Below are positions 27,279-36,393 of a stretch of 64,000 nucleotides of DNA, in pieces (position 1 is the first letter of the stretch; each line of letters opens with the position of its first letter). The stretch comes from an uncultured Planctomycetia bacterium (lineage in GTDB: Bacteria; Omnitrophota; Gorgyraeia; 1-14-0-20-64-10), in contig CAYJVR010000002.1 of assembly GCA_964373715.1 (NCBI GenBank), positions 118,521-182,520 of the forward strand. The letters are read 5' to 3'. The translations under genes and the position numbers were made by a program. The notes below the pieces were generated by a model, which saw only the letters and a program-made list of their open reading frames with translations, searched no databases and was not told where the DNA came from.

Positions 27279-28130
27279 ATGAAAATGAAATTTACAGCGT
27301 GGATGTCGGCCGGAATTCTCTGCGGTTTAAGCGCCGTGCTTCCCACGGTGCACGCGGCGCAGTTCAGCCACACGCAGTTGGACGAAGTCCTCAAAACGTA
27401 CGTGAAAGACGGCCGGGTGGATTACAAAGCTTTGAAGATGAGGCAGGTGCGTGCCGACAGCGCGGGGCCGTTGTCCGACTACGTTGATTCTTTGGGCCGC
27501 GTGCCGCAGGCCGACTACGACGCCTGGAGCGAGACCGACAAAATCGCTTTCTGGATCAACGCCTACAACGCGATCACGCTTCAAATAGTTCTGAACCATT
27601 ACCCGATCACAAAGATGCTTATTCCGGCCGGGATCCCGTTCCCGACCAACAGCATCCGGCAGATCCCGGGCCAGTGGGACAAGATCACCCATAACATCAT
27701 GGGCAGGAAGATGACGCTGAACGACATCGAGCATGGGACGCTGCGGAAACTGTTCAAAGAACCGAGGATCCACATGGCCCTCGTCTGTGCGGCGAAAGGA
27801 TGCCCCCCTCTGCGCGGCGAAGCCTATGAAGGGAGCCGGTTGAGCGAACAACTGGATGACCAGGCCCGCGCCTATCTCTCCAGTCCCGCGGGATTCAAGC
27901 TGGACACCGTCCGCAAGAAGGTTTCTCTCTCCGCGATTTTCCAGTGGTTTTCGGAGGATTTCCTGAATGTTTACGGAGACCCGAAAGAGCCGAAATGGCT
28001 GGCCGATAAAAAACGGGTTGTTATCGCTTTTGCGTCCAAATACGTTGGTCCGCAGGAGCGGGAATTCCTGAAAAAAGAGAATTACCAAGTGTCCTTTCTA
28101 TCGTATGATTGGAGCCTGAATGAGCAGTAA
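27279..28130 (+). CDS. Secreted DUF547-domain protein
   Basis: Signal peptide; FWINAYNAITLQ and ALVCAAKGCPPL motifs match what I remember of DUF547. Confidence 0.65.
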   Translation: MKMKFTAWMSAGILCGLSAVLPTVHAAQFSHTQLDEVLKTYVKDGRVDYKALKMRQVRADSAGPLSDYVDSLGRVPQADYDAWSETDKIAFWINAYNAITLQIVLNHYPITKMLIPAGIPFPTNSIRQIPGQWDKITHNIMGRKMTLNDIEHGTLRKLFKEPRIHMALVCAAKGCPPLRGEAYEGSRLSEQLDDQARAYLSSPAGFKLDTVRKKVSLSAIFQWFSEDFLNVYGDPKEPKWLADKKRVVIAFASKYVGPQEREFLKKENYQVSFLSYDWSLNEQ

Positions 28131-28176
28131 AAATTCACAGTCGGCTGGCTTGTGACCTGAAGGAGGCGGTTTTTCG

Positions 28177-30831
28177 ATGGAATTGACCGAGAGGAGCACC
28201 GTTTCCCTGCCCAAAACCGTCGAGTGGCAGAAAGAGGGCGTTCATATTTTTCTTGATCCTGAGACGCCTCACTGGCTAGCGGCTGATTCCAGAGGGGCGC
28301 AGATCATGAGCTGGGCCAGGGGAGAGATGCCGGTCGGCCGGATCATTCAGCGTTATTCGGAGGCGCACGGGCTCGATACGGCGAAGAGCTGGCTTCACGT
28401 GACCGATTTTCTCTCCGCCCTTCTGCGCTCCGGTTTCGCCCGGACTGAACTGGTCGCCCGGGCTCCTTACCTCGGACGAGCCGCCTACGCCCGCCCGACC
28501 GGCTTAAAGGAGCTCTGGTTCCATACCAACAACATCTGCAATCTCTCTTGCTCCCATTGTCTTGTCAGTTCCGCCCCCTGGGTGCAGGACTGGGGCCTGC
28601 CGACAGACCGGTTCCTTTCTCTCGTGGATGAGGCGATCGAGCTGGGGGTGGACAGATTTTACTTCACCGGCGGCGAGCCGTTCATGCGCAAGGATATCTT
28701 TCATCTGATCCGCACCGTTACCGAGACGAAGGGTTGCGAGCTGATCATCCTGACCAACGCTACGCTGTTGAAAGGGGAGAAAGCGGAAGGGGTCAAAACC
28801 CTCAATCGCCAGAAGGTCCGGTTCCAGGTCAGCGTGGACGGCGCCTCCCCTGAAACCAACGATCCGATTCGAGGCAAGGGGTCGTTCCAGTCGGCGGTGG
28901 AGGGGTTAAGATACCTGGCTTCGCTCGGGTTCGAGACTTCCATCACAACGGCGGTGACCGGCACCAACCTGCAGGACCTGTTGGGGATCACCCGGCTTGC
29001 CCGGGAACTCGGCGTCAAAACCCAGCATTTGATGTGGCTCCATAAGCGGGGACGGATAGTGGGCCGGGAGGAGGTGGCTGCACCTGCTGCTGTGGCTGTC
29101 GCCGCCGGCGGGAACGGTTCCAAATCCCCCGGTTGGGCCGATGGCCATCAGAGAAAAATGAAAGCCTTTTCAGGTCAGACCGAGCTTGGATTTCCGGAAT
29201 CGCAGCAGCTCATTGATGCGGTCCGGAAGGTAAAGGTTTTGGCGGATGAGCTGGGTGTCACGGTGGACAACCTCGAGTCGATCAAATTGAGGGTCAACTC
29301 CCGTCCCGGTGTAAAGTACGACTTAGGAAATGCCTGCTGGGATTCTCTCTGCATCTATTCGGACGGGAAGGTGTATCCTTCCGCGGCGATGGCCAATTTC
29401 AAGCCGCTTATGCTGGGCTCGCTGAAAGAAACCCCCTCTTTAAAAGAGATTTGGCAGCGGTCTCCGGTCGCCGAAGCGTTCCGGCAGGCCTCCGTCAACC
29501 GGAAGGCTCACCTGGCCGATGATCCGCTTCGCTACCTCACAGGCGGTGGAGATTCGGAGCACAGTTTCTTTTTTAACTTAAACGGCGATTCGGAATCCGG
29601 GACGATTGCTCCCGAGAAGATCCTCGACATTCTGTCGGGTCCCGACCCGTACTACCCGGTTTATCAGGCGATGATCCAGGATGCGATCTGGGAAATCGTT
29701 CTGCACAAACGGGACGCGGTCAACCGGAAGTCTGGCTACGATGCCCCGCGCGTCCTGCACGCGATGGGGGACGGAGCGATACACTGCGCTACCGACGATT
29801 TGGCGATCACTGGAGAGATCGATGTGAGGACCCTGCACTCTAACTGTGTTCTCGCGTTCGACGTGGACAAGCCGAGAAAGATGGTGCGGGAGTTTTACGG
29901 CAAGGCGGCCGAAACGCCGCAGGCCGAGCTTTGCTGTCCCACGAAGTTCGACGATTCCGCGATCGCCCACATCCCGAAAGATGTGATCGACCGGTTCTAC
30001 GGCTGCGGTTCTCCGGTCACCTCCGGCAATTTGAAAGAGGGAGAGACCTTTTTGGATCTTGGCTCGGGCGCCGGGATAGACTGCTTCATTGCCGCCAAGC
30101 TCGTCGGCCCGAAGGGCAAGGTGCTCGGGATCGATATGACCGATCAGATGCTGAAGGTAGCTGAAGAAAACAAGCCGATCGTCGCAAAGAATCTCGGCTA
30201 TGACGTGGTGGAGTTCCGAAAAGGATTTCTCGAGACGGTTCCGGCTGACTCAAAAAGCGTTGATCTGATTACCTCCAACTGCGTGATCAATCTTTCGCCG
30301 GACAAACCGAAGGTTTTCTCCGAGATCTGGCGGATCTTGAAGGACAACGGACGGACCGTGATCGCCGATATTGTCTCCGACCGGCCGGTGCCGGCCCATC
30401 TGAAGGTCAATCCCCAGTTGTGGGGCGAGTGCACCGTGGGGGCTCTGACCGAAGAGGAATTCCTGGCCCATCTTCAGGAAGCCGGTTTCTACGGCCTCTC
30501 GGTCTTGAAGAAGGTCTACTGGAAATCGATCGACGGCTACGATTTTTACTCGGTCACGGTGGCCGGCTACAAGTTCGAAAAGACGGCCGGCTGCACGTTC
30601 ATCGGGCAGAGGGCGATTTATCTGGGCCCGATGAAATCGGTCATGGACGAGGAAGGGCACCTGTTCCCCCGGGATGTGGAGGTGGAGGTTTGCACCGACA
30701 CCGCGGCGAAGCTCTCGAAGCCGCCGTACGCCGGCTCGTTCACTGTGATCCAACCGGACGCTCAGCGGATCTCTGTGACCGCGAACATGCAGTCTGCCGA
30801 TAGCGGCTGCGGTCCCGCAGGCTGCTGCTGA
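28177..30831 (+). CDS. Four-part fusion: PqqD-like RRE + radical SAM + SPASM/twitch-like Cys cluster + ArsM-type As(III) SAM methyltransferase, with a C-terminal Cys-rich tail (CGPAGCC)
   Basis: Residues 20-85 are PqqD/RRE-like (IFLDPETPHWLAADSRGAQIMSWARGE...DFLSALLRSG). CNLSCSHC (CxxxCxxC) + FTGGEP. NACWDSLCIYSDGKVYPS (SPASM-like). ArsM hallmarks FYGCGSP, LDLGSGAGIDCF, ITSNCVINLSPDKPKVF and WGECTVGAL. The last 12 aa are SADSGCGPAGCC. Its stop overlaps the arsR start (TGATG). Confidence 0.85.
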   Translation: MELTERSTVSLPKTVEWQKEGVHIFLDPETPHWLAADSRGAQIMSWARGEMPVGRIIQRYSEAHGLDTAKSWLHVTDFLSALLRSGFARTELVARAPYLGRAAYARPTGLKELWFHTNNICNLSCSHCLVSSAPWVQDWGLPTDRFLSLVDEAIELGVDRFYFTGGEPFMRKDIFHLIRTVTETKGCELIILTNATLLKGEKAEGVKTLNRQKVRFQVSVDGASPETNDPIRGKGSFQSAVEGLRYLASLGFETSITTAVTGTNLQDLLGITRLARELGVKTQHLMWLHKRGRIVGREEVAAPAAVAVAAGGNGSKSPGWADGHQRKMKAFSGQTELGFPESQQLIDAVRKVKVLADELGVTVDNLESIKLRVNSRPGVKYDLGNACWDSLCIYSDGKVYPSAAMANFKPLMLGSLKETPSLKEIWQRSPVAEAFRQASVNRKAHLADDPLRYLTGGGDSEHSFFFNLNGDSESGTIAPEKILDILSGPDPYYPVYQAMIQDAIWEIVLHKRDAVNRKSGYDAPRVLHAMGDGAIHCATDDLAITGEIDVRTLHSNCVLAFDVDKPRKMVREFYGKAAETPQAELCCPTKFDDSAIAHIPKDVIDRFYGCGSPVTSGNLKEGETFLDLGSGAGIDCFIAAKLVGPKGKVLGIDMTDQMLKVAEENKPIVAKNLGYDVVEFRKGFLETVPADSKSVDLITSNCVINLSPDKPKVFSEIWRILKDNGRTVIADIVSDRPVPAHLKVNPQLWGECTVGALTEEEFLAHLQEAGFYGLSVLKKVYWKSIDGYDFYSVTVAGYKFEKTAGCTFIGQRAIYLGPMKSVMDEEGHLFPRDVEVEVCTDTAAKLSKPPYAGSFTVIQPDAQRISVTANMQSADSGCGPAGCC

Positions 30832-31142
30832 TGAAGAAAAGCCTCACCCAGCATGAGGCGGCGGAGCTGTTCAAGGCGCTGGCGGATGAGACCCGCTTGA
30901 GGATCTTGCGGATCCTGTTCGAGAGGGAGCACTGCGTGACCGACCTGATGACCGAGCTGAAGCTCGCGCAGTCCTATGTGTCGCACCACTTAAAGATACT
31001 GAAAACCGCCGGGTTGATTGACTCCCGGAGGGAAGGGCATAAGATCTACTACGCCCTTTTGCCGCAGGTGAAGCAGGGATTGTCGGACGCGAAACAGGAG
31101 TCGCTCGACTTAGGTTGCTGCGAAGTGACGTTCAAGGAGTAA
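30831..31142 (+). CDS. arsR: ArsR/SmtB-family metalloregulatory repressor
   Basis: HTH (CVTDLMTELKLAQSYVSHHLKILKTAGL) and a C-terminal Cys pair (LDLGCCEV) typical of As(III)-sensing ArsR variants. Translationally coupled to the upstream gene. Confidence 0.85.
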   Translation: MKKSLTQHEAAELFKALADETRLRILRILFEREHCVTDLMTELKLAQSYVSHHLKILKTAGLIDSRREGHKIYYALLPQVKQGLSDAKQESLDLGCCEVTFKE

Positions 31143-31164
31143 TTTTTTTTGGTTTTAATAATCG

Positions 31165-31180
31165 AACCATGTTGATGGTT
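31165..31180. promoter_or_regulatory. Perfect inverted repeat AACCAT-N4-ATGGTT between arsR and the PiT gene (candidate operator)
   Basis: AACCATGTTGATGGTT lies 20 nt upstream of the PiT RBS, in an AT-rich spacer. Confidence 0.3.
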
Positions 31181-31199
31181 TGATTAAAAAGGAGAAGAG

Positions 31200-32312
31200 A
31201 TGACGGCTCTTTTTCTGATTGCGGCGGTTCTTTTCCTTGCCTACACCAACGGGGCGAACGATAACTTCAAGGGGGTTGCCACACTTTTCGGCAGCAAAAC
31301 GGCCGATTACCGTAAAGCGCTTGCTTGGGCGACCGTCACCACTTTTGCCGGCTGTCTTGCCGCGATCTGGGTTTCTCAGGGGTTGATCAAGGCTTTCAGC
31401 GGAAAGGGGATCGTGCCTGCCGCGATGACGACCGATCCGAGATTTTTGTTGGCCGTCGGTTTTGGCGCTGCCCTAACCGTTTTCTTGGCAACGCTGCTCG
31501 GATTCCCGATTTCAACGACCCATGCGCTGACCGGCGCTCTGGTGGGGGCCGGGTGGATGTTGGTTGGGTCCCAGGTGAATGTGGGGAAATTGGGCCAAAG
31601 TTTCTTCCTGCCTCTGGCGTTAAGCCCTGTTGTATCTTTGGCGATTACAACAGTTTTGTATCCCTCCCTCCGGTTTATCCGGCAGACGGTCGGCGTGACG
31701 AAACAGTTGTGTCTTTGCATCGGGCCGGTCCGTGAGCCGGTTCTTGTCCGGACTGACGGGACCATGGTGATGAAAGCGACCGGGTCCGAGCTGTCGGTCG
31801 GGGAACTGAAGAACTGCGTTGAGCAGTACCAAGGGGTCCTTCTCGGCGTTGATTTCCAGCGGGTGATCGATTTTTTTCATTACCTTTCGGCCGGGGCCGT
31901 CGGTTTTGCGCGCGGGTTGAACGACGCGCCCAAGATCGTGGCCATCCTCATCACCGCCCAAGCTCTGCGCATTGGGACGAGGGAAGCCCTTCTGCTTGTC
32001 GCGGTTGCGATGGCCGCTGGCGGCATTCTGAGCGCCAAGAAGGTGGCGCAGACGATGAGCCAGCGGATCACAGCGATGAACCACGGCCAGGGATTCACAG
32101 CGAATTTGGTCACCAGCGTCCTTGTCTCGATGGCTTCCCGCTTTGCGTTGCCGGTTTCAACGACGCATGTTTCCTGCGGCGCCCTTTTCGGTATCGGTTT
32201 GGTCAACCGGAATGCCAACGTCGGTGTCATCCGGAACATCCTGCTTTCCTGGCTGATCACCCTTCCTGTCGCGGCGGGTGTGGCGGCCTCTCTCTATTGG
32301 CTACAGCGGTAG
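31200..32312 (+). CDS. PiT-family inorganic phosphate (and arsenate) transporter
   Basis: Duplicated GANDxxK/N signature (NGANDNFKG; ARGLNDAPKIVA), about 10 TM helices, and a large central loop. Confidence 0.85.
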   Translation: MTALFLIAAVLFLAYTNGANDNFKGVATLFGSKTADYRKALAWATVTTFAGCLAAIWVSQGLIKAFSGKGIVPAAMTTDPRFLLAVGFGAALTVFLATLLGFPISTTHALTGALVGAGWMLVGSQVNVGKLGQSFFLPLALSPVVSLAITTVLYPSLRFIRQTVGVTKQLCLCIGPVREPVLVRTDGTMVMKATGSELSVGELKNCVEQYQGVLLGVDFQRVIDFFHYLSAGAVGFARGLNDAPKIVAILITAQALRIGTREALLLVAVAMAAGGILSAKKVAQTMSQRITAMNHGQGFTANLVTSVLVSMASRFALPVSTTHVSCGALFGIGLVNRNANVGVIRNILLSWLITLPVAAGVAASLYWLQR

Positions 32313-32381
32313 GCGAGTACGAGCGGAGAAATTCCAGCGCCTCTTTTTGCCCTCATTTATGATTTCCGTCATATAAATGGT

Positions 32382-32410
32382 TTGACTTCAATCTTATAAT
32401 TGGTCATTAT
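32382..32410 (+). promoter_or_regulatory. Promoter-like element upstream of the porin gene (TTGACT-N17-CATTAT)
   Basis: AT-rich island in an otherwise GC-rich window; -35 TTGACT at 32382-32387 and a -10-like CATTAT at 32405-32410. Confidence 0.3.
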
Positions 32411-32430
32411 TCAACCTATTGAGGTAAATC

Positions 32431-33723
32431 ATGAAAAATATGCGTGGCCGTATGGCGTTGTGGATGGCTGGGGTCTTCTTTGTATCTTATGCTGTTCCCG
32501 TGCAGGCGTCGGAGATGGACATCCTGCTGAGGAAGTTGGTGGAGAAGAAGGTTTTGACCGAGCAGGAGGCGCAGGAAGTCCGTGGCGAGGTGGAGCAGGA
32601 AGTTGCCCGGTCCGCCAAATTCGAGAAGGAAGACGTCAAGGAAACCGTCAAGAAGATACCCGGAGGGACCTGGCTCGAGAAAACGAAATGGGCCGGCGAC
32701 CTGCGCCTGCGGCACGAGAGCCAACTGCGGGAGCCCGCGGCCGACCGGCATCGGGAACGATTCCGCTTGAGGTTCGGTTTCACGACGAAACCGTGGGACC
32801 AGATGGAGGTGGGTGTCCGGCTGGCTACCGGCGCCAGCGGTGATCCGGTTTCCACCAACCAGAGTTTTACCGGCACTTTCGACAAAAAAGCGGTTTTCAT
32901 TGACCGGGCGTACGCGAAATACACGCCGTGGCCCTGGTTCAATCTTGTTGGCGGCAAGATGGAGATACCGTTCGACACTGCCACGGAGATTTTTTGGGAC
33001 GGGGACCTGACGCCGGAAGGGGTGGCCGTTCAGTTCAAGACGCCGGAACCCCTGCCGTTTTTTAAAGAAACTTTTCCGACCAAACTGTTTGCCAACGTCG
33101 GGGCGTTTCAGATTTCGGAGCTCAGCGACGACGCCGGGGATCCGGCAATGTTTGGTTTCCAGGTTGGGAAAGAGACAGGGTTGCCCCGCGGGTTGGTGTG
33201 GACCTCTTCCATCGGTTATTATGACATCACCGCGGTCAGGGGAAAGAGGACTTCTGACATTACTCAGGTGAGCGCTCCCAGCGGCAACTCGACCGATGGT
33301 CCGGTCGCAGCGCCGGTCTACCGGTACGATTTCAACCCGCTCGATATCCAGGGGAAGCTGCTGATTCCGGATATCCTCGGCCAGCAGGTGGTGCTGATCG
33401 GGGATTTTGTCCATAACCCGGTTGCGGAGGATGATAACGGCGCCTGGCAGGCGGGCATCAAGGTGGGGAAGGTGACCGAGAAGATGGGGAGCTGGGAATC
33501 TTCCTACTACTACAAAAGAGTTGAACCGGACGCGATTTTCGGGGCGATCACCGATTCCGATTTTGGCGCCGGCGGATCGAACCATCACGGGCACCGAGTC
33601 GGCCTGCGGGTCGGTTTGAGCAAATGGACTGAGGCCGGCATCACTTATTACCGCACCGATGAGATCGAAGGGGCCCAGAACAAGGTGGATACTCTGCAGG
33701 TGGACGCTTCTGTAAAATACTGA
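32431..33723 (+). CDS. Putative outer-membrane porin (beta-barrel with an N-terminal coiled-coil segment)
   Basis: Signal peptide, charged coiled-coil N-terminus, alternating hydrophobic beta-strand pattern, C-terminal aromatic (…DASVKY). AT-rich promoter-like region upstream. Confidence 0.6.
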   Translation: MKNMRGRMALWMAGVFFVSYAVPVQASEMDILLRKLVEKKVLTEQEAQEVRGEVEQEVARSAKFEKEDVKETVKKIPGGTWLEKTKWAGDLRLRHESQLREPAADRHRERFRLRFGFTTKPWDQMEVGVRLATGASGDPVSTNQSFTGTFDKKAVFIDRAYAKYTPWPWFNLVGGKMEIPFDTATEIFWDGDLTPEGVAVQFKTPEPLPFFKETFPTKLFANVGAFQISELSDDAGDPAMFGFQVGKETGLPRGLVWTSSIGYYDITAVRGKRTSDITQVSAPSGNSTDGPVAAPVYRYDFNPLDIQGKLLIPDILGQQVVLIGDFVHNPVAEDDNGAWQAGIKVGKVTEKMGSWESSYYYKRVEPDAIFGAITDSDFGAGGSNHHGHRVGLRVGLSKWTEAGITYYRTDEIEGAQNKVDTLQVDASVKY

Positions 33724-33799
33724 GCGGGTCACCCTGTTTTTTTGCGAGCCGGGGAGTGAACAACTCCCCTGTTTTGTTTTGAAGTAGAATAGTGGAATC

Positions 33800-34855
33800 A
33801 TGCTGATGCGCCGCGGATTGTGGATAACAGTTATTGCGCTCGCTGGGTTTATCTCAATCGTGAGCCCCGCCGCCGCTTCTTCGAAGCAGGAAACGGTCAT
33901 TGAAGCGGGCGCGTTCTCGAACGGTTTGCCGGCCGGTTTTCCGGAGGGGTGGGAGCTTGTGCCGGCTAAAACCTCGGGGAAACGAACCCTTTACCAGCTT
34001 GTCCGTGAAGGGGAAATCGTTGTCTTAAAAGCGGTCAGCCAAGCAGCCTCCTCCGGCCTGATGCGGGTGGTCTCTTTAAATCCCCGGGATTACCCGATTA
34101 TCCAGTGGCGCTGGAAAGTGGAGGATCTCCTCCGCAGAAGTGATATTTTCCGTAAAAATGGAGACGATTTTTCTGCCCGGCTCTTTCTTTCTTTTGAAAC
34201 AGATCCCTCCAAGGCGGGATGGAGGGAAAGAATTTACATCCAGGCCGGCCGGCTTCTTTACGGGGATTACCCTCTGGCGGAAGGGCTCAACTATGTCTGG
34301 GCCAGCCGCGAGCCTGAGGGAACTATGACTTCCAGTCCGTACACCGAGAGGCTCAAAACAGTTGTTATCGAGAGCGGCAGCGGCAAGCTGAACACGTGGG
34401 TGGTGGAGGAACGGAATTTTTATGAGGACTACAAAAAGGCTTTCGGGCAGGAGCCGCCCGCTCTTTACAGCGTGGCGGTGATGACGGATACCGATAATAC
34501 CGGCGGGACGGCGGTGGCTTATTACGGGGATATCCTCTTCAGTAAAGAGCCGTTGAAAAGCGTGATGGAGGGGCAGCCGAGATATGGTACGATCACCGAG
34601 AGTTCTTCACTTCCAGGCATTCAGGGGACCGCCATCATCTCAAAAAATATTGACCAGCGAGGCCGCCGCGTTAGAGCGCTGGGGGGGATTGCCCTCCTGG
34701 CGGCGGCCCTCTTGTTGGTGTTGGGAGTCCCTTCCTGGCCGGTATGGAAGATTATCATCGTGATCAGCTTTTCGTGCGGCGGGTTGTTCATGCTTTTCGA
34801 GGCCTTCAGCGGGTGGTGTGTGCTGCGCGCCTGCGGCATAAAAACCCCCGTATAG
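33800..34855 (+). CDS. Secreted DUF3047-like domain protein with a C-terminal YgaP/DUF2892-like two-helix membrane anchor
   Basis: Signal peptide. C-terminal LGGIALLAAALLLVLG...SFSCGGLFMLFEAFSGWCVLRACG matches the Gx-W-C...R-x-CG pattern of DUF2892. The DUF3047 assignment is from memory. Confidence 0.55.
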   Translation: MLMRRGLWITVIALAGFISIVSPAAASSKQETVIEAGAFSNGLPAGFPEGWELVPAKTSGKRTLYQLVREGEIVVLKAVSQAASSGLMRVVSLNPRDYPIIQWRWKVEDLLRRSDIFRKNGDDFSARLFLSFETDPSKAGWRERIYIQAGRLLYGDYPLAEGLNYVWASREPEGTMTSSPYTERLKTVVIESGSGKLNTWVVEERNFYEDYKKAFGQEPPALYSVAVMTDTDNTGGTAVAYYGDILFSKEPLKSVMEGQPRYGTITESSSLPGIQGTAIISKNIDQRGRRVRALGGIALLAAALLLVLGVPSWPVWKIIIVISFSCGGLFMLFEAFSGWCVLRACGIKTPV

Positions 34856-34869
34856 GAAACCTTAGATTA

Positions 34870-36393
34870 GTGAGAGTTGTCATTATCGGCGCGGGCATCG
34901 GCGGGTTGGCTTGCGGGATCCGTCTGGCGTCGCGCGGTTATCAGGTCACGATCCTTGAAAAGAACGAGATAGCCGGCGGGCGATGCAACCGCTATCAGGA
35001 AAAGGGTTTTACGTTCGACACCGGGCCGACCCTTTTCATGATGACCGACACCCTTGAAGAGCTTTTTCGGTATGCCGGCCGAAAGATGTCCGATTACGTG
35101 ACCCTGTGCCGGATTGATCCCGCCTACAGAATCACCTATTCCGATGGCCAAACTCTTGAGTTCACCGATAGGATGAAGATTCTGGAGGAGGAGATCCGGA
35201 AATTCGGCCCCCGTGAGCTTCAGGGATTCTACCGGTACGCGGCCCAGAACGGCGAATCGTACAGGCACCTGCGGGCGAAGTTCATCGACAAACCGCTGGA
35301 GGTTCCCTCCCAGTGGGCTGATTTAGAGTCGCTTGGCCTGCTGGCCCGGCTGAAGCCTTGGAGAGATGTCCTTTCGGTGGCCAAACGGCACTTTGATTCT
35401 CCCCACCTGCGGATGGCGTTCAGCTTTCACACGCTCTATCTGGGGATTTCCCCGCAGGCAGCCCCGTCCATGTACACCATGCTTCCTTATATTGATCTCG
35501 TGCAGGGGGTCCATTACCCTCTCGGTGGGATGTCCCAGATTCCGGCGGCTTTAACGCGCCTCTTCGGCGAGCTCGGAGGAGAGATACGGTATGGCGTCGA
35601 GGTCGAGCAGATCGTCACCAGTTCGGGCCGTGTCAGGGAGGTGCTTCTGCACGATGAGAGAACCGTCCCTGCCGACGTCGTCGTTTCGAACGTTGATATG
35701 CCGGTCACGATGAACCGTTTCCTGAAGCACCAGCCGATGTCCGGCCACAAGCGGCGCGTCCTCAAGATGAAAAGGGGCTGTTCCGCCGCCGTTTTTCTCT
35801 TGGGGCTCGACAAGGCCTATCCGCAGTTGTCCCACCATAACCTCTATTTGCCGATGGTTTTTGAGAGATCTCTTCATGAGTTGTTTGATCTGGGGCAAAT
35901 CCCTCAAGAACCGGCCTTTTATCTGTGTGCGCCTGCAAGAACGGATGCGGCGATGGCACCAAAGGGGTCCGAGAGCGTCATGATTTTAGTACCTTGTCCG
36001 AATGAGGAGGTGCTGCCGGATGTCGGCGCGCAGATGCCCCTGTTACGTGAGAAACTTTTGAACCTTTTGGACCGAACGTTTTTGCCGGATATCCGGCGCC
36101 ATATCATTGTCGATAAAACTCTGCCTCCCTCCTGGTATGGGCGGCGCTACGCGTTGGCCGGTTCGGCCACATTCGGTTTCTTGCCGACATTTTTCCAGTC
36201 AGCGATGTTCCGGCCCCAGAGGCGGTCTCCGGACGTCCGGGGCCTTTACTATGCCGGGGCCAGCACCCATCCGGGCAACGGAATCCCGATCGTTTTAATC
36301 GCCGGCCGATTTGCCGCTGAGGCTATTGTTGAAGATTTTGGTTCGGTGCGCCATGTCCTCCCTTCTGTCCGAAACGTTACGCCAATCGGTTGA
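34870..36393 (+). CDS. Phytoene-desaturase-family (CrtI/CrtN/CrtP-like) FAD-dependent oxidoreductase, copy 1; likely GTG start at 34870
   Basis: VVIIGAGIGGLACGIRLA...ILEKNEIAGGR dinucleotide-binding fold; C-terminal GAGTHPG-like motif (YYAGASTHPGNGIP). Confidence 0.8.
   Translation: MRVVIIGAGIGGLACGIRLASRGYQVTILEKNEIAGGRCNRYQEKGFTFDTGPTLFMMTDTLEELFRYAGRKMSDYVTLCRIDPAYRITYSDGQTLEFTDRMKILEEEIRKFGPRELQGFYRYAAQNGESYRHLRAKFIDKPLEVPSQWADLESLGLLARLKPWRDVLSVAKRHFDSPHLRMAFSFHTLYLGISPQAAPSMYTMLPYIDLVQGVHYPLGGMSQIPAALTRLFGELGGEIRYGVEVEQIVTSSGRVREVLLHDERTVPADVVVSNVDMPVTMNRFLKHQPMSGHKRRVLKMKRGCSAAVFLLGLDKAYPQLSHHNLYLPMVFERSLHELFDLGQIPQEPAFYLCAPARTDAAMAPKGSESVMILVPCPNEEVLPDVGAQMPLLREKLLNLLDRTFLPDIRRHIIVDKTLPPSWYGRRYALAGSATFGFLPTFFQSAMFRPQRRSPDVRGLYYAGASTHPGNGIPIVLIAGRFAAEAIVEDFGSVRHVLPSVRNVTPIG

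Noticed and set aside
28177-28450. Possibility that the RRE-like N-terminus of the rSAM-ArsM protein is a separate small gene or a precursor peptide
   Set aside because: The frame is continuous with no stop or internal RBS before the CxxxCxxC motif, and domain spacing (about 90 aa RRE then the radical SAM core) matches PqqE-like fused architectures.
32416-33900. 494-aa minus-strand ORF
   Set aside because: Antisense to the porin gene, which has a signal peptide, a beta-barrel pattern and an upstream promoter-like AT island. The antisense product is Arg/Pro-rich junk.
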